Source of the DNA: Balanoglossus misakiensis | Taxonomy: Eukaryota; Animalia; Hemichordata | NCBI GenBank assembly: GCA_040954595.2 | Contig: CM082598.2 | Coordinates: 9,067,097 to 9,131,096 of the forward strand | DNA: 64,000 bases | Direction: 5' to 3' | In this document: positions 11,241 through 23,186 of the stretch, in pieces | How positions within the stretch are numbered: the first letter of the stretch is position 1 | Layout of the letters: each line of letters begins with the position of its first letter | Notes under the pieces: model-generated | The model's input: only the letters and a program-made list of their open reading frames with translations | Databases searched by the model: none | Told to the model about the DNA's origin: nothing | Translations under genes and position numbers: made by a program

Positions 11241-13704
11241 GATAGACAAAATGTAAATGAGTTGATAAATGGAGTTTATGATTTGTTATATTGGGCTGCC
11301 ACCGATTACCAGAAGATGACCATCAAAACATTTACAGGAGACAAAACCAGATCATCGCAGCCAAAATGGTTCAATAAAGACTGTGAAACTGCTAAGAAAA
11401 AAATGTACAAAGCACTTAGAAATTTCAGAGCATCAAATGACATGAATAGTCTGAGTATATACAAAGAACAGAAATCAAACTTTAAAACAATATGTAGAGT
11501 AAACAAAGAAAGCTTTAAAAGCTCCATCTGTAGAAATGTTGGGTCACAGGGACAAAATATCTGGCAACATGTTAAGCGTTTTATGGGAGGTATGAAATCT
11601 TTTTTCAAATATTTCCTCTAGTGACTGGATAAATCATTTTAAAACCCTCCATAACCCAAAATGGCATAGAACAAGGTTTGATATTACTGTGGAAGAGTTT
11701 TTAGAAAACTTTGCCCCTTCCCCGGAAGATTTAAATAGCGATGCTGAAGAGATTCTAAATAGTCATATTACAACTCAAGAAATCGTCTGTGCACTGAATA
11801 AGTTAAAAGCTGGTAAATCCCCGGGTCCGGATGGTATCCCAAATGAATTTTATCGAAATGCAAAACAAAGTCTAATCACGGTACTTGATTTCACGTTCAA
11901 TGCCATTTTTGACTCTGGTGTTTTTCCAAGCGAGTGGAATAAGGGAATAATTGTACCACTTCATAAGAAGGGTAGTTTACATGACCCAAACAATTTCAGA
12001 GGCATCACTTTATTGAATTGTCTAAGCAAGATTTTTACTTTTATACTAAATCAGAGACTTGTAAAATGGGCTGAAATGCAAGGTTGTATCACTGAATGCC
12101 AAGCTGGTTTCAGACGTGATTTTAGCGCTGTTGATAATATCTTTGTTCTTCACATTATGGTACAGAAATATCTTTCTAGATCAAAAGGTCGTTTCTATTG
12201 TTTGTTTGTAGATTTCAGTAAAGCTTTTGATTCAGTAAATCACAATCTCTTGTTATATAGACTTTGTCTAGAGGGTGTCATGGGCAAAATGTATAATATT
12301 CTTAAATCCATTTATAAAGAAGTTAAATCTTGTGTCAAGAGCCGAAATGGAGTAACCGATTTCTTTAATTGCTCTGTCGGAGTTCGACAAGGGTGTATGT
12401 TGAGTCCTTTTCTTTTTTCTCTGTTCATCAATGAATTAAATAATATGTTAGTAAATTCGGGTAATCATGGTATTCAAATCACTCAAGAACTTTACGACCT
12501 ATTTGCACTTCTTTATACTGATGATGTTACAATTTTTAGTGATACGCCAGTTGGGCTACAAAGACTGATTAGAGTACTGGAATGTTTCTGTCATAAATGG
12601 AAACTATCTGTAAATATGGAAAAGTCACAAATAATTGTTTTTCGTAGAGGGGGTGTTTTAAAGAAATGTGAAAAATGGTTTTATAATAGAGAACAACTAA
12701 AAACTGTCAGTTACTACAAATATTTAGGTTTAATAATTTCAAGTAGAAACATCTGGAGTAAAGCTGTTACCGTACTCTCAGACCAAGCCAGAAAAGCTAT
12801 GGGCGCTATTTTCCGTATGATTAAAAACAGTGGTACTTTATCTTTTAAAGACTATTTTAAACTTTTTGATTCCATGATTTTGCCAGTCTTAACATATGGA
12901 TCTGAAATATGGGGATATCAGAGATATCAAGTTGCTGAAAGAGTACAACTGAAATATTGTAAAGCCTTTATGGGCGTTAAATCAACTACACCAGATGCTT
13001 GCATTCTAGGAGATTGTGGAAGACATCCAATATTTATTCACACTTTTAAGAAAGTTATTTTATACTGGTTCAAGTTATTAAAAATGCCCACAAACAGAGT
13101 AGCCAAACATGCCTACAAATTATCGGTGACACTGGACAAAAATGGGAAAAAATCATGGGCAACAAATGTAAAATGTCTTCTGCATGAACACGGTTTTGGA
13201 GATGTATGGCTATGGCAAGGCCCAGGGGATTTTGATCTTTTTCTTCTCAATTTTATGACAAGAGCAAGTGATATTTTCAAACAAAACTGGTTCTCAGACA
13301 CCTGTAGTAAGAGTAAACTTCGTTTGTACTGTAACTTTAAAACATCATTTCATACAGAGAACTACTTAAAATTGAATATTGTTTTCAAACTAAGGAGTGC
13401 CCTCGCTCGTCTTAGAACTTGTGGTTTTGATTTGGCAGTTGAGGAGGGGAGGGCACAGGGAATCGACTTTGAAGATAGAATTTGCAGAGTATGTGGGTCT
13501 ACTGAGATCGAGGACGAATATCACTTTATTTGTATCTGTCCTTTATACCAGACTTTAAGAAGCATGTATTTACCGAGATGGTCATATACAATTCCAACAC
13601 CCGAAAAATATTACTCACTCATGGCTTCAGAAAATAACAAAGAAATACGAAATCTGGCCTTATTTGTTCACAAAGCAATCAGTTTGAGAAAAGAATGTTT
13701 GTAA
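11241..13704 (+). pseudogene. LINE ORF2 fragment: linker + reverse transcriptase + CCHC zinc knuckle; lacks endonuclease; one +1 frameshift at T6 11600-11605
   Basis: Frame open from the 5' junction (DRQNVNELING...PKWFNKDC...IWQHVKRF), continuing after removal of one T into SNISSSDWINHFKTL and the 671-aa ORF 11689-13704 with SPGPDGI, NFRGITLL, QAGFR, FVDFSKAFDSV, GVRQGCMLSPFLF, LLYTDD (12514-12525), YKYLG and CRVC-X9-H-X4-C (13483-13539). Confidence 0.93.
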
Positions 13705-13788
13705 TTTTTATCTCTTTTCTCTTTTTGTACTCTCTGTAAAATTCTGTGTGTATAAATATAAGTTTGCAATATGGGCTGGAGGCCTAAA
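13705..13788 (+). other. LINE 3' UTR (84 bp): pyrimidine tract, short terminal GC hairpin, only A3-4 tail
   Basis: After stop TAA: TTTTTATCTCTTTTCTCTTTTTG...ATGGGCTGGAGGCCTAAA, then the TSD. Confidence 0.75.
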
Positions 13789-13802
13789 AGAATTTATTGC
13801 CG
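13789..13802 (+). repeat. Right 14-bp target-site duplication of the LINE (AGAATTTATTGCCG)
   Basis: Matches 11225-11238. Confidence 0.9.
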
Positions 13803-14266
13803 CCATCCTTGGGAGGGGAGAAATCATGGCTGACAATTTGTTGCCGCCATTCTTTGGAGGGGAGAAATGATGGCAGAGAATTTATTGCCGCCATCCTTGG
13901 GAGGGGAGAAATAACGGCTGAGAGTTTGTTGCCGCCATTCTTTGGAGGGGAGAAATATTAGGGCTGAGAGTTTGTTGCCGCCATTCTTGGGAGGGGAGAA
14001 ATGATGCCAGATAATCTGTTGCCGCCATTCTTTGTAGGGGAGATACGATGGCTGAGAATTTATTGCCGCCATTCGTTGTAGGGGAGAAACGATGGCAGAG
14101 AATTTGTTGCCGCCATTCTTGGGCGGGGAGAAATGATGGCAGAGAATTTGTTGCCGCCATTCTTGGGAGGGGAGAAATGATGGCTGAGAATTTGTTGCCG
14201 CCATTTTTGGAAGGGGAGAAATAAGGGCTGGGAGTTTGTTGCCGCCATTCTTGGGAGGGGAGAAAC

Positions 14267-16480
14267 GATGGCAGAGAATTTATTGCCGCCATTCTTTGTA
14301 GGGGAGAAACGATGGCAGAGAATTTATTGACGCCATTCTTTGTAGGGGAGAAACGATGGCAGAGACTTTATTGCCGCCATTCTTGGAAGGAGAGAAATAA
14401 GGGCTGAGAGTTTGTTGCCGCCATTCTTGGGAGGGGAGAAATGATGGCTGAGAATTTATTGCCGCCATCATTGGGAGGGGAAAATATCAGCTGACAGTTT
14501 GTTGCCGCCATTCTTGGGAGGGCAGAAGCGATGGCAGAGACTTTATTGCCGCCATTCTTGGAAGGGGAGAAATAAGGGCTGAGAGTTTGTTGCCGCCATT
14601 CTTGGGAGGGGAGAAATAATGGCAGATAATTTGTTGCCGCCATTCTTTGTAGGGGAGAAACGATGGCAGAGAATTTAGTGCCGCCATTCTTTGTAGGGGA
14701 GAAACGATGGCACAGAATTTATTGCCGCCATTCTTTGTAGGGGAGAAACGATGGCAGAGACTTTATTGCCGCCATTCTTGGAAGGGGAGAAATAAGGGCT
14801 GAGAGTTTGTTGCCGCCATTCTTGGGAGGGGAGTAATGACGGCAGAGAATTTGTTGCCGCCATTCTTGGGAGGGGAGAAATAACGGCTGAGAGTTTGTTG
14901 CCACCATTCGCGGGATGGGCGAAATGAGGGCAGAGAATATTTTACGGTTGCTGCCATTCTTTGCAGAGGAAAAATGATGGCAGAGAATTTATTGCCGCCA
15001 TCCTTGGGAAGGGAGAAATAACGGCTGAGAGTTTGTTGCCGCCATTAGTGGGAGGGGAGAAATGATAGCAGGGAATTTGTTGCCGCCATTCTTGGGAGGG
15101 TAGAAATAACGGCTGAGAGTTTGTTTCCGCCATTCTTGGGAGGGGAGAAATAACGGCTGAGAGTGTGTTGCCGCCATTCTTGGGAGGGGAGAAATGATGG
15201 CAGAGAATTTATTGCCGCCATCATTGGGAGGGGAGAAATGATGGCAGAGACTTTATTGCCGCCATTCTCGGGAGGGGAGAAATAACGGCTGAGAGTTTGT
15301 TGCCGCCATTCTTGGGCGGGGAGAAATAACGGCTGAGAATTTGTTGCCGCCATTCTTGGGAGGGGAGAAATGATGGCAGAGAATTTATTGCCGCCATTCT
15401 TTGTAGGGGAGAAACGATGGCAGAGAATTTATTGACGCCATTCTTTGTAGGGGAGAAACGATGGCAGAGACTTTATTGCCGCCATTCTTGGAAGGAGAGA
15501 AATAAGGGCTGAGAGTTTGTTGCCGCCATTCTTGGGAGGGGAGAAATGATGGCTGAGAATTTATTGCCGCCATCATTGGGAGGGGAAAATATCAGCTGAC
15601 AGTTTGTTGCCGCCATTCTTGGGAGGGCAGAAGCGATGGCAGAGACTTTATTGCCGCCATTCTTGGAAGGGGAGAAATAAGGGCTGAGAGTTTGTTGCCG
15701 CCATTCTTGGGAGGGGAGAAATAATGGCAGATAATTTGTTGCCGCCATTCTTTGTAGGGGAGAAACGATGGCAGAGAATTTAGTGCCGCCATTCTTTGTA
15801 GGGGAGAAACGATGGCACAGAATTTATTGCCGCCATTCTTTGTAGGGGAGAAACGATGGCAGAGACTTTATTGCCGCCATTCTTGGAAGGGGAGAAATAA
15901 GGGCTGAGAGTTTGTTGCCGCCATTCTTGGGAGGGGAGTAATGACGGCAGAGAATTTGTTGCCGCCATTCTTGGGAGGGGAGAAATAACGGCTGAGAGTT
16001 TGTTGCCACCATTCGCGGGATGGGCGAAATGAGGGCAGAGAATATTTTACGGTTGCTGCCATTCTTTGCAGAGGAAAAATGATGGCAGAGAATTTATTGC
16101 CGCCATCCTTGGGAAGGGAGAAATAACGGCTGAGAGTTTGTTGCCGCCATTATTGGGAGGGGAGAAATGATAGCAGGGAATTTGTTGCCGCCATTCTTGG
16201 GAGGGTAGAAATAACGGCTGAGAGTTTTGTTTCCGCCATTCTTGGGAGGGGAGAAATAACGGCTGAGAGTGTGTTGCCGCCATTCTTGGGAGGGGAGAAA
16301 TGATGGCAGAGAATTTATTGCCGCCATCATTGGGAGGGGAGAAATGATGGCAGAGACTTTATTGCCGCCATTCTCGGGAGGGGAGAAATAACGGCTGAGA
16401 GTTTGTTGCCGCCATTCTTGGGCGGGGAGAAATAACGGCTGAGAATTTGTTGCCGCCATTCTTGGGAGGGGAGAAATGAT
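14267..16480. repeat. Tandem duplication of a ~1,105-bp satellite block (2 copies)
   Basis: ORF pairs 14280/15385, 14368/15473, 14763/15868; shared rare variants TTTAGTGCC, AAAATATCAG, GAGTGTGTT. Confidence 0.9.
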
Positions 16481-16748
16481 GGCAGAGAATTTATTGCCGC
16501 CATCATTGGGAGGGGAGAAATAACGGCTGAGAGTTTGTTGCCGCCATTCTTGGGCGTGGAGAAATGATAGCAGAGAATTTGTTGCCGCCATTCTTGGGAG
16601 GGGAGAAATCATGGCTGAGAATTTGTTGCCGCCATTCTTTGGAAGGGAGAAATAACCGCTGAGAGTTCGTTGCCGCCATTCTTGGGCGGGGAGAAATGAT
16701 GGCAGAGAATTTGTTGCCGCCATTCTTGGGAGGGGAGAAATGATGGCT

Positions 16749-19700
16749 GAGAATTTATTGCCGCCATTCTTTGTAGGGGAGAAACGATGGCAGAGACTTT
16801 ATTGCCGCCATTCTTGGAAGGAGAGAAATAAGGGCTGAGAGTTTGTTGCCGCCATTCTTGGGAGGGGAGAAATGACGGCAGAGAATTTGTTGCCGCCATT
16901 CTTGGGAGGGGAGAAATAACGGCTGAGAGTTTGTGGCCGCCATTCGCGGGATGGGCGAAATGAGGGCAGAGAATATTTTACGGTTGCCGGCATTCTTTGT
17001 AGTGGAGAAATGATGGCAGAGAATTTATTGCCGCCATCCTTGGGAGGGGAGAAATAACGGCTGAGTGTTTGTTGCCGCCATTCTTTGCAGGGGAGAAATG
17101 ATGGCAGAGAATTTATTGCCGCCATCCTTGGGAGGGGAGAATTAACGGCTGAGTGTTTGTTGCCGGCATTCTTTGGAGGGGAGAAATGATGGCAGAGAAT
17201 TTATTGCCGCCATCCTTGGGAGGGGAGAAATAACGGCTGAGTGTTTGTTGCCGCCATTCTTGGGCGGGGAGAAATGATGGCAGAGAATTTGTTGCCGCCA
17301 TTCTTGGGAGGGGAGAAATGATGGCAGAGAATTTATTGCTGCCATCCTTGGGAGGGGAGAAATAACGGCTGAGTGTTTGTTGCCGCCATTCTTTGGAGGG
17401 GAGAAATGATGGCAGAGAATTTATTGCCGCCATCCTTGGGAGGGGAGAAATAACGGCTGAGTGTTTGTTGCCGCCATTCTTGGGCGGGGAGAAATGATGG
17501 CAGAGAATTTGTTGCCGCCATTCTTGGGAGGGGAGAAATGATGGCTGAGAATTAGTTGCCGCCATTCTTGGGAGGGGAGAAATGATGGCAGAGAATTTGT
17601 TGCCGCCATTCTTGGGAGGGGAGAAATGATGGCAGAGAATTTATTGCCGCCATCCTTGGGAGGGGAGAAATAACGGCTAAGAATTTGTTGCCGCCATTCG
17701 CGTGAGGGGCGAAATGAGGGCAGAGAATATTTCACGGTTGCCTCCATTCTTTGGACAGGACAAATGATGGCAGAGAATTTGTTGCCGCCATTCTTGGGAA
17801 GGGAGAAATAACGGCTAAGAGTTTGTTGCCGCCATTCTTGGAAGAGGAGAAATAACGGCTGAGAGTTTGTTGCCGCCATTCTTGGGAGGGGAGAAATAAC
17901 GGCTGAGAGTTTGTTGCCGCCATTCTTTGTAGGGGAGATACGATGGCAGAGAATTTATTGCCGCCATTCTTGGAAGGGGACAAATAATGGCTGAGAGTTT
18001 GTTGCCGCCATTCTTTGTAGTGGAGAAACGATGGCAGAGAGTTTGTTGCCGCCATTCTTGGGAGGGGAGAAATGATGGCTGAGAATTTGTTGCCGCCATT
18101 CTCGGGAGGGGAGAAATAACGTCTGAGAGTTTGTTGCCGCCATTCTTTGTAGGGGAGAAACGATGACAGAGAATTTATTGCCGCCATTCTTGGAAGGGGA
18201 GAAATAACGGCTGAGTGTTCGTTGCCGCCATTCTTGGGCGGGGAGAAATGATGGCAGAGAATTTGTTGCCGCCATTCTTAGGAGGGGAGAAATGATGGCT
18301 GAGAATTTGTTGCCGCCATTTTTGGAAGGGGAGAAATAAGGGCTGGGAGTTTGTTGCCGCCATTCTTGGGAGGGGGATGAGAAATAACGGCTGAGAGTTT
18401 GTTGCCGCCATTCTTGGGAGGGTAGAAATAACGGCTGAGAGTTTGTTGCCGCCATTCTTGGGAGGGGAGAAATAACGGCTGAGAATTTGTTGCCGCCATT
18501 CTTTGGAGGGGAGAAATAACCGCTGAGAGTTTGTTGCCGCCATTCTTGGGAGGGGAGAAATGATGGCAGATAATTTGTTGCCGCCATTCTTGGGAGGGGG
18601 ATGAGAAATAACGGCTGAGAGTTTGTTGCCGCCATTCTTGGGAGGGTAGAAATAACGGCTGAGAGTTTGTTGCCGCCATTCTTGGGAGGGGAGAAATAAC
18701 GGCTGAGAATTTGTTGCCGCCATTCTTTGGAGGGGAGAAATAACCGCTGAGAGTTTGTTGCCGCCATTCTTGGGAGGGGAGAAATGATGGCAGAGAATTT
18801 GTTGCCGCCATTCTTGGGAGGGGAGAAATCATGGCTGAGAATTTGTTGCCGCCATTCTTTGGAGGGGAGAAATGATGGCAGAGAATTTATTGCCGCCATC
18901 CTTGGGAGGGGAGAAATAACGGCTGAGAGTTTGTTGCCGCCATTCTTGGGAGGGGAGAAATATTAGGGCTGAGAGTTTGTTGCCGCCATTCTTGGGAGGG
19001 GAGAAATGATGCCAGATAATCTGTTGCCGCCATTCTTTGTAGGGGAGAAACGATGGCTGAGAATTTATTGCCGCCATTCGTTGTAGGGGAGAAACGATGG
19101 CAGAGAATTTGTTGCCGCCATTCTTGGGAGGGGAGAAATAACGGCTGAGAGTTTGTTGCCGCCATTATTGGGAGGGGAGAAATGATAGCAGAGAATTTGT
19201 TGCCGCCATTCTTGGGGGGGGGGAGAAATAACGGCAGAGAGTTTGTTGCCGCCATTCTTGGGAGGAGAGAAATAACGGCTGAGAGTTTGTTGCCGCCATT
19301 ATTGGGAGGGGAGAAATAAGGGCTGAGAGTTTGTTGCCGCCCTTATTGGGAGAGGAGAAACGATGGCTGAGAATTTATTGCCGCCATCCTTGGGAGGGTA
19401 AAATAACGGCTGACAGTTTGTTGCCGCCATTCTTGGGAGGGGAGAAATGATGGCTGAGAATTTATTGCCGCCATCATTGGGAGGGGAAAATAACAGCTGA
19501 CAGTTTGTTGCCGCCATTCTTGGGAGGGCAGAAGCGATGGCAGAGACTTTATTGCCGCCATTCTTGGAAGGGGAGAAATAAGGGCTGAGAGTTTGTTGCC
19601 GCCATTCTTGGGAGGGGAGAAATAATGGCAGATAATTTGTTGCCGCCATTCTTTGTAGGGGAGAAACGATGGCAGAGAATTTATTGCCGCCATTCTTTGT

Positions 19701-22700
19701 AGGGGAGAAACGATGGCACAGAATTTATTGCCGCCATTCTTTGTAGGGGAGAAACGATGGCAGAGACTTTATTGCCGCCATTCTTGGAAGGGGAGAAATA
19801 AGGGTTGAGAGTTTGTTGCCGCCATTCTTGGGAGGGGAGTAATGACGGCAGAGAATTTGTTGCCGCCATTCTTGGGAGGGGAGAAATAACGGCTGAGAGT
19901 TTGTTGCCACCATTCGCGGGATGGGCGAAATGAGGGCAGAGAATATTTTACGGTTGCTGCCATTCTTTGCAGAGGAAAAATGATGGCAGAGAATTTATTG
20001 CCGCCATTCTTTGTAGGGGAGAAACGATGGCAGAGACTTTATTGCCGCCATTCTTGGAAGGAGAGAAATAAGGGCTGAGAGTTTGTTGCCGCCATTCTTG
20101 GGAGGGGAGAAATGACGGCAGAGAATTTGTTGCCGCCATTCTTGGGAGGGGAGAAATAACGGCTGAGAGTTTGTGGCCGCCATTCGCGGGATGGGCGAAA
20201 TGAGGGCAGAGAATATTTTACGGTTGCCGGCATTCTTTGTAGTGGAGAAATGATGGCAGAGAATTTATTGCCGCCATCCTTGGGAGGGGAGAAATAACGG
20301 CTGAGTGTTTGTTGCCGCCATTCTTTGCAGGGGAGAAATGATGGCAGAGAATTTATTGCCGCCATCCTTGGGAGGGGAGAATTAACGGCTGAGAGTTTGT
20401 TGCCGCCATTCTTGGGAGGGGAGAAATGATGGCAGAGAATTTATTGCCGCCATCCTTGGGAGGGGAGAAATAACGGCTGAGTGTTTGTTGCCGCCATTCT
20501 TGGGCGGGGAGAAATGATGGCAGAGAATTTGTTGCCGCCATTCTTGGGAGGGGAGAAATGATGGCAGAGAATTTATTGCTGCCATCCTTGGGAGGGGAGA
20601 AATAACGGCTGAGTGTTTGTTGCCGCCATTCTTTGGAGGGGAGAAATGATGGCAGAGAATTTATTGCCGCCATCCTTGGGAGGGGAGAAATAACGGCTGA
20701 GTGTTTGTTGCCGCCATTCTTGGGCGGGGAGAAATGATGGCAGAGAATTTGTTGCCGCCATTCTTGGGAGGGGAGAAATGATGGCTGAGAATTAGTTGCC
20801 GCCATTCTTGGGAGGGGAGAAATGATGGCAGAGAATTTGTTGCCGCCATTCTTGGGAGGGGAGAAATGATGGCAGAGAATTTATTGCCGCCATCCTTGGG
20901 AGGGGAGAAATAACGGCTAAGAATTTGTTGCCGCCATTCGCGTGAGGGGCGAAATGAGGGCAGAGAATATTTCACGGTTGCCTCCATTCTTTGGACAGGA
21001 CAAATGATGGCAGAGAATTTGTTGCCGCCATTCTTGGGAAGGGAGAAATAACGGCTAAGAGTTTGTTGCCGCCATTCTTGGAAGAGGAGAAATAACGGCT
21101 GAGAGTTTGTTGCCGCCATTCTTGGGAGGGGAGAAATAACGGCTGAGAGTTTGTTGCCGCCATTCTTTGTAGGGGAGATACGATGGCAGAGAATTTATTG
21201 CCGCCATTCTTGGAAGGGGACAAATAATGGCTGAGAGTTTGTTGCCGCCATTCTTTGTAGTGGAGAAACGATGGCAGAGAGTTTGTTGCCGCCATTTTTG
21301 GGAGGGGAGAAATGATGGCTGAGAATTTGTTGCCGCCATTCTCGGGAGGGGAGAAATAACGTCTGAGAGTTTGTTGCCGCCATTCTTTGTAGGGGAGAAA
21401 CGATGACAGAGAATTTATTGCCGCCATTCTTGGAAGGGGAGAAATAACGGCTGAGTGTTCGTTGCCGCCATTCTTGGGCGGGGAGAAATGATGGCAGAGA
21501 ATTTGTTGCCGCCATTCTTAGGAGGGGAGAAATGATGGCTGAGAATTTGTTGCCGCCATTTTTGGAAGGGGAGAAATAAGGGCTGGGAGTTTGTTGCCGC
21601 CATTCTTGGGAGGGGGATGAGAAATAACGGCTGAGAGTTTGTTGCCGCCATTCTTGGGAGGGTAGAAATAACGGCTGAGAGTTTGTTGCCGCCATTCTTG
21701 GGAGGGGAGAAATAACGGCTGAGAATTTGTTGCCGCCATTCTTTGGAGGGGAGAAATAACCGCTGAGAGTTTGTTGCCGCCATTCTTGGGAGGGGAGAAA
21801 TGATGGCAGATAATTTGTTGCCGCCATTCTTGGGAGGGGGATGAGAAATAACGGCTGAGAGTTTGTTGCCGCCATTCTTGGGAGGGTAGAAATAACGGCT
21901 GAGAGTTTGTTGCCGCCATTCTTGGGAGGGGAGAAATAACGGCTGAGAATTTGTTGCCGCCATTCTTTGGAGGGGAGAAATAACCGCTGAGAGTTTGTTG
22001 CCGCCATTCTTGGGAGGGGAGAAATGATGGCAGAGAATTTGTTGCCGCCATTCTTGGGAGGGGAGAAATCATGGCTGAGAATTTGTTGCCGCCATTCTTT
22101 GGAGGGGAGAAATGATGGCAGAGAATTTATTGCCGCCATCCTTGGGAGGGGAGAAATAACGGCTGAGAGTTTGTTGCCGCCATTCTTGGGAGGGGAGAAA
22201 TATTAGGGCTGAGAGTTTGTTGCCGCCATTCTTGGGAGGGGAGAAATGATGCCAGATAATCTGTTGCCGCCATTCTTTGTAGGGGAGAAACGATGGCTGA
22301 GAATTTATTGCCGCCATTCGTTGTAGGGGAGAAACGATGGCAGAGAATTTGTTGCCGCCATTCTTGGGAGGGGAGAAATAACGGCTGAGAGTTTGTTGCC
22401 GCCATTATTGGGAGGGGAGAAATGATAGCAGAGAATTTGTTGCCGCCATTCTTGGGGGGGGGGGGAGAAATAACGGCAGAGAGTTTGTTGCCGCCATTCT
22501 TGGGAGGAGAGAAATAACGGCTGAGAGTTTGTTGCCGCCATTATTGGGAGGGGAGAAATAAGGGCTGAGAGTTTGTTGCCGCCCTTATTGGGAGAGGAGA
22601 AACGATGGCTGAGAATTTATTGCCGCCATCCTTGGGAGGGTAAAATAACGGCTGACAGTTTGTTGCCGCCATTCTTGGGAGGGGAGAAATGATGGCTGAG

Positions 22701-23186
22701 AATTTATTGCCGCCATCATTGGGAGGGGAAAATAACAGCTGACAGTTTGTTGCCGCCATTCTTGGGAGGGCAGAAGCGATGGCAGAGACTTTATTGCCGC
22801 CATTCTTGGAAGGGGAGAAATAAGGGCTGAGAGTTTGTTGCCGCCATTCTTGGGAGGGGAGAAATAATGGCAGATAATTTGTTGCCGCCATTCTTTGTAG
22901 GGGAGAAACGATGGCACAGAATTTATTGCCGCCATTCTTTGTAGGGGAGAAACGATGGCAGAGACTTTATTGCCGCCATTCTTGGAAGGGGAGAAATAAG
23001 GGTTGAGAGTTTGTTGCCGCCATTCTTGGGAGGGGAGTAATGACGGCAGAGAATTTGTTGCCGCCATTCTTGGGAGGGGAGAAATAACGGCTGAGAGTTT
23101 GTTGCCACCATTCGCGGGATGGGCGAAATGAGGGCAGAGAATATTTTACGGTTGCTGCCATTCTTTGCAGAGGAAAAATGATGGCA
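16749..23186. repeat. Tandem duplication of a ~3,240-bp satellite block (2 copies; the second lacks one monomer and has a longer G-run)
   Basis: ORF pairs 16799/20039, 17955/21195, 18829/22069; offset shifts to 3242 after G10 vs G12; shared rare variants TTGTGGCC, CTTAGG, GGGTTGAG. Confidence 0.92.

Larger units (their letters stand above)
11239..13788 (+). mobile_element. 5'-truncated non-LTR retrotransposon (LINE), probably RTE-X-like, 2,550 bp
   Basis: Abrupt switch from satellite to AT-rich unique sequence; ORF2 RT motifs; short 3' UTR ending GGCCTAAA; 14-bp TSD; satellite phase resumes exactly after the element. Clade assignment rests on the C-terminal motif from memory and is less certain than the LINE call. 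Confidence 0.95.

Noticed and set aside
11306-13301. Minus-strand ORFs 11306-11608 and 13113-13301
   Set aside because: Short antisense shadows of LINE ORF2 with no recognisable motifs
11239-13788. RT plus repeat array as a retron, DGR, group II intron or telomerase-like system that generates the array
   Set aside because: The RT is non-LTR type, 5'-truncated and frameshifted, flanked by a TSD, and an empty paralogous site exists at 24293-24306, so it inserted into a pre-existing array
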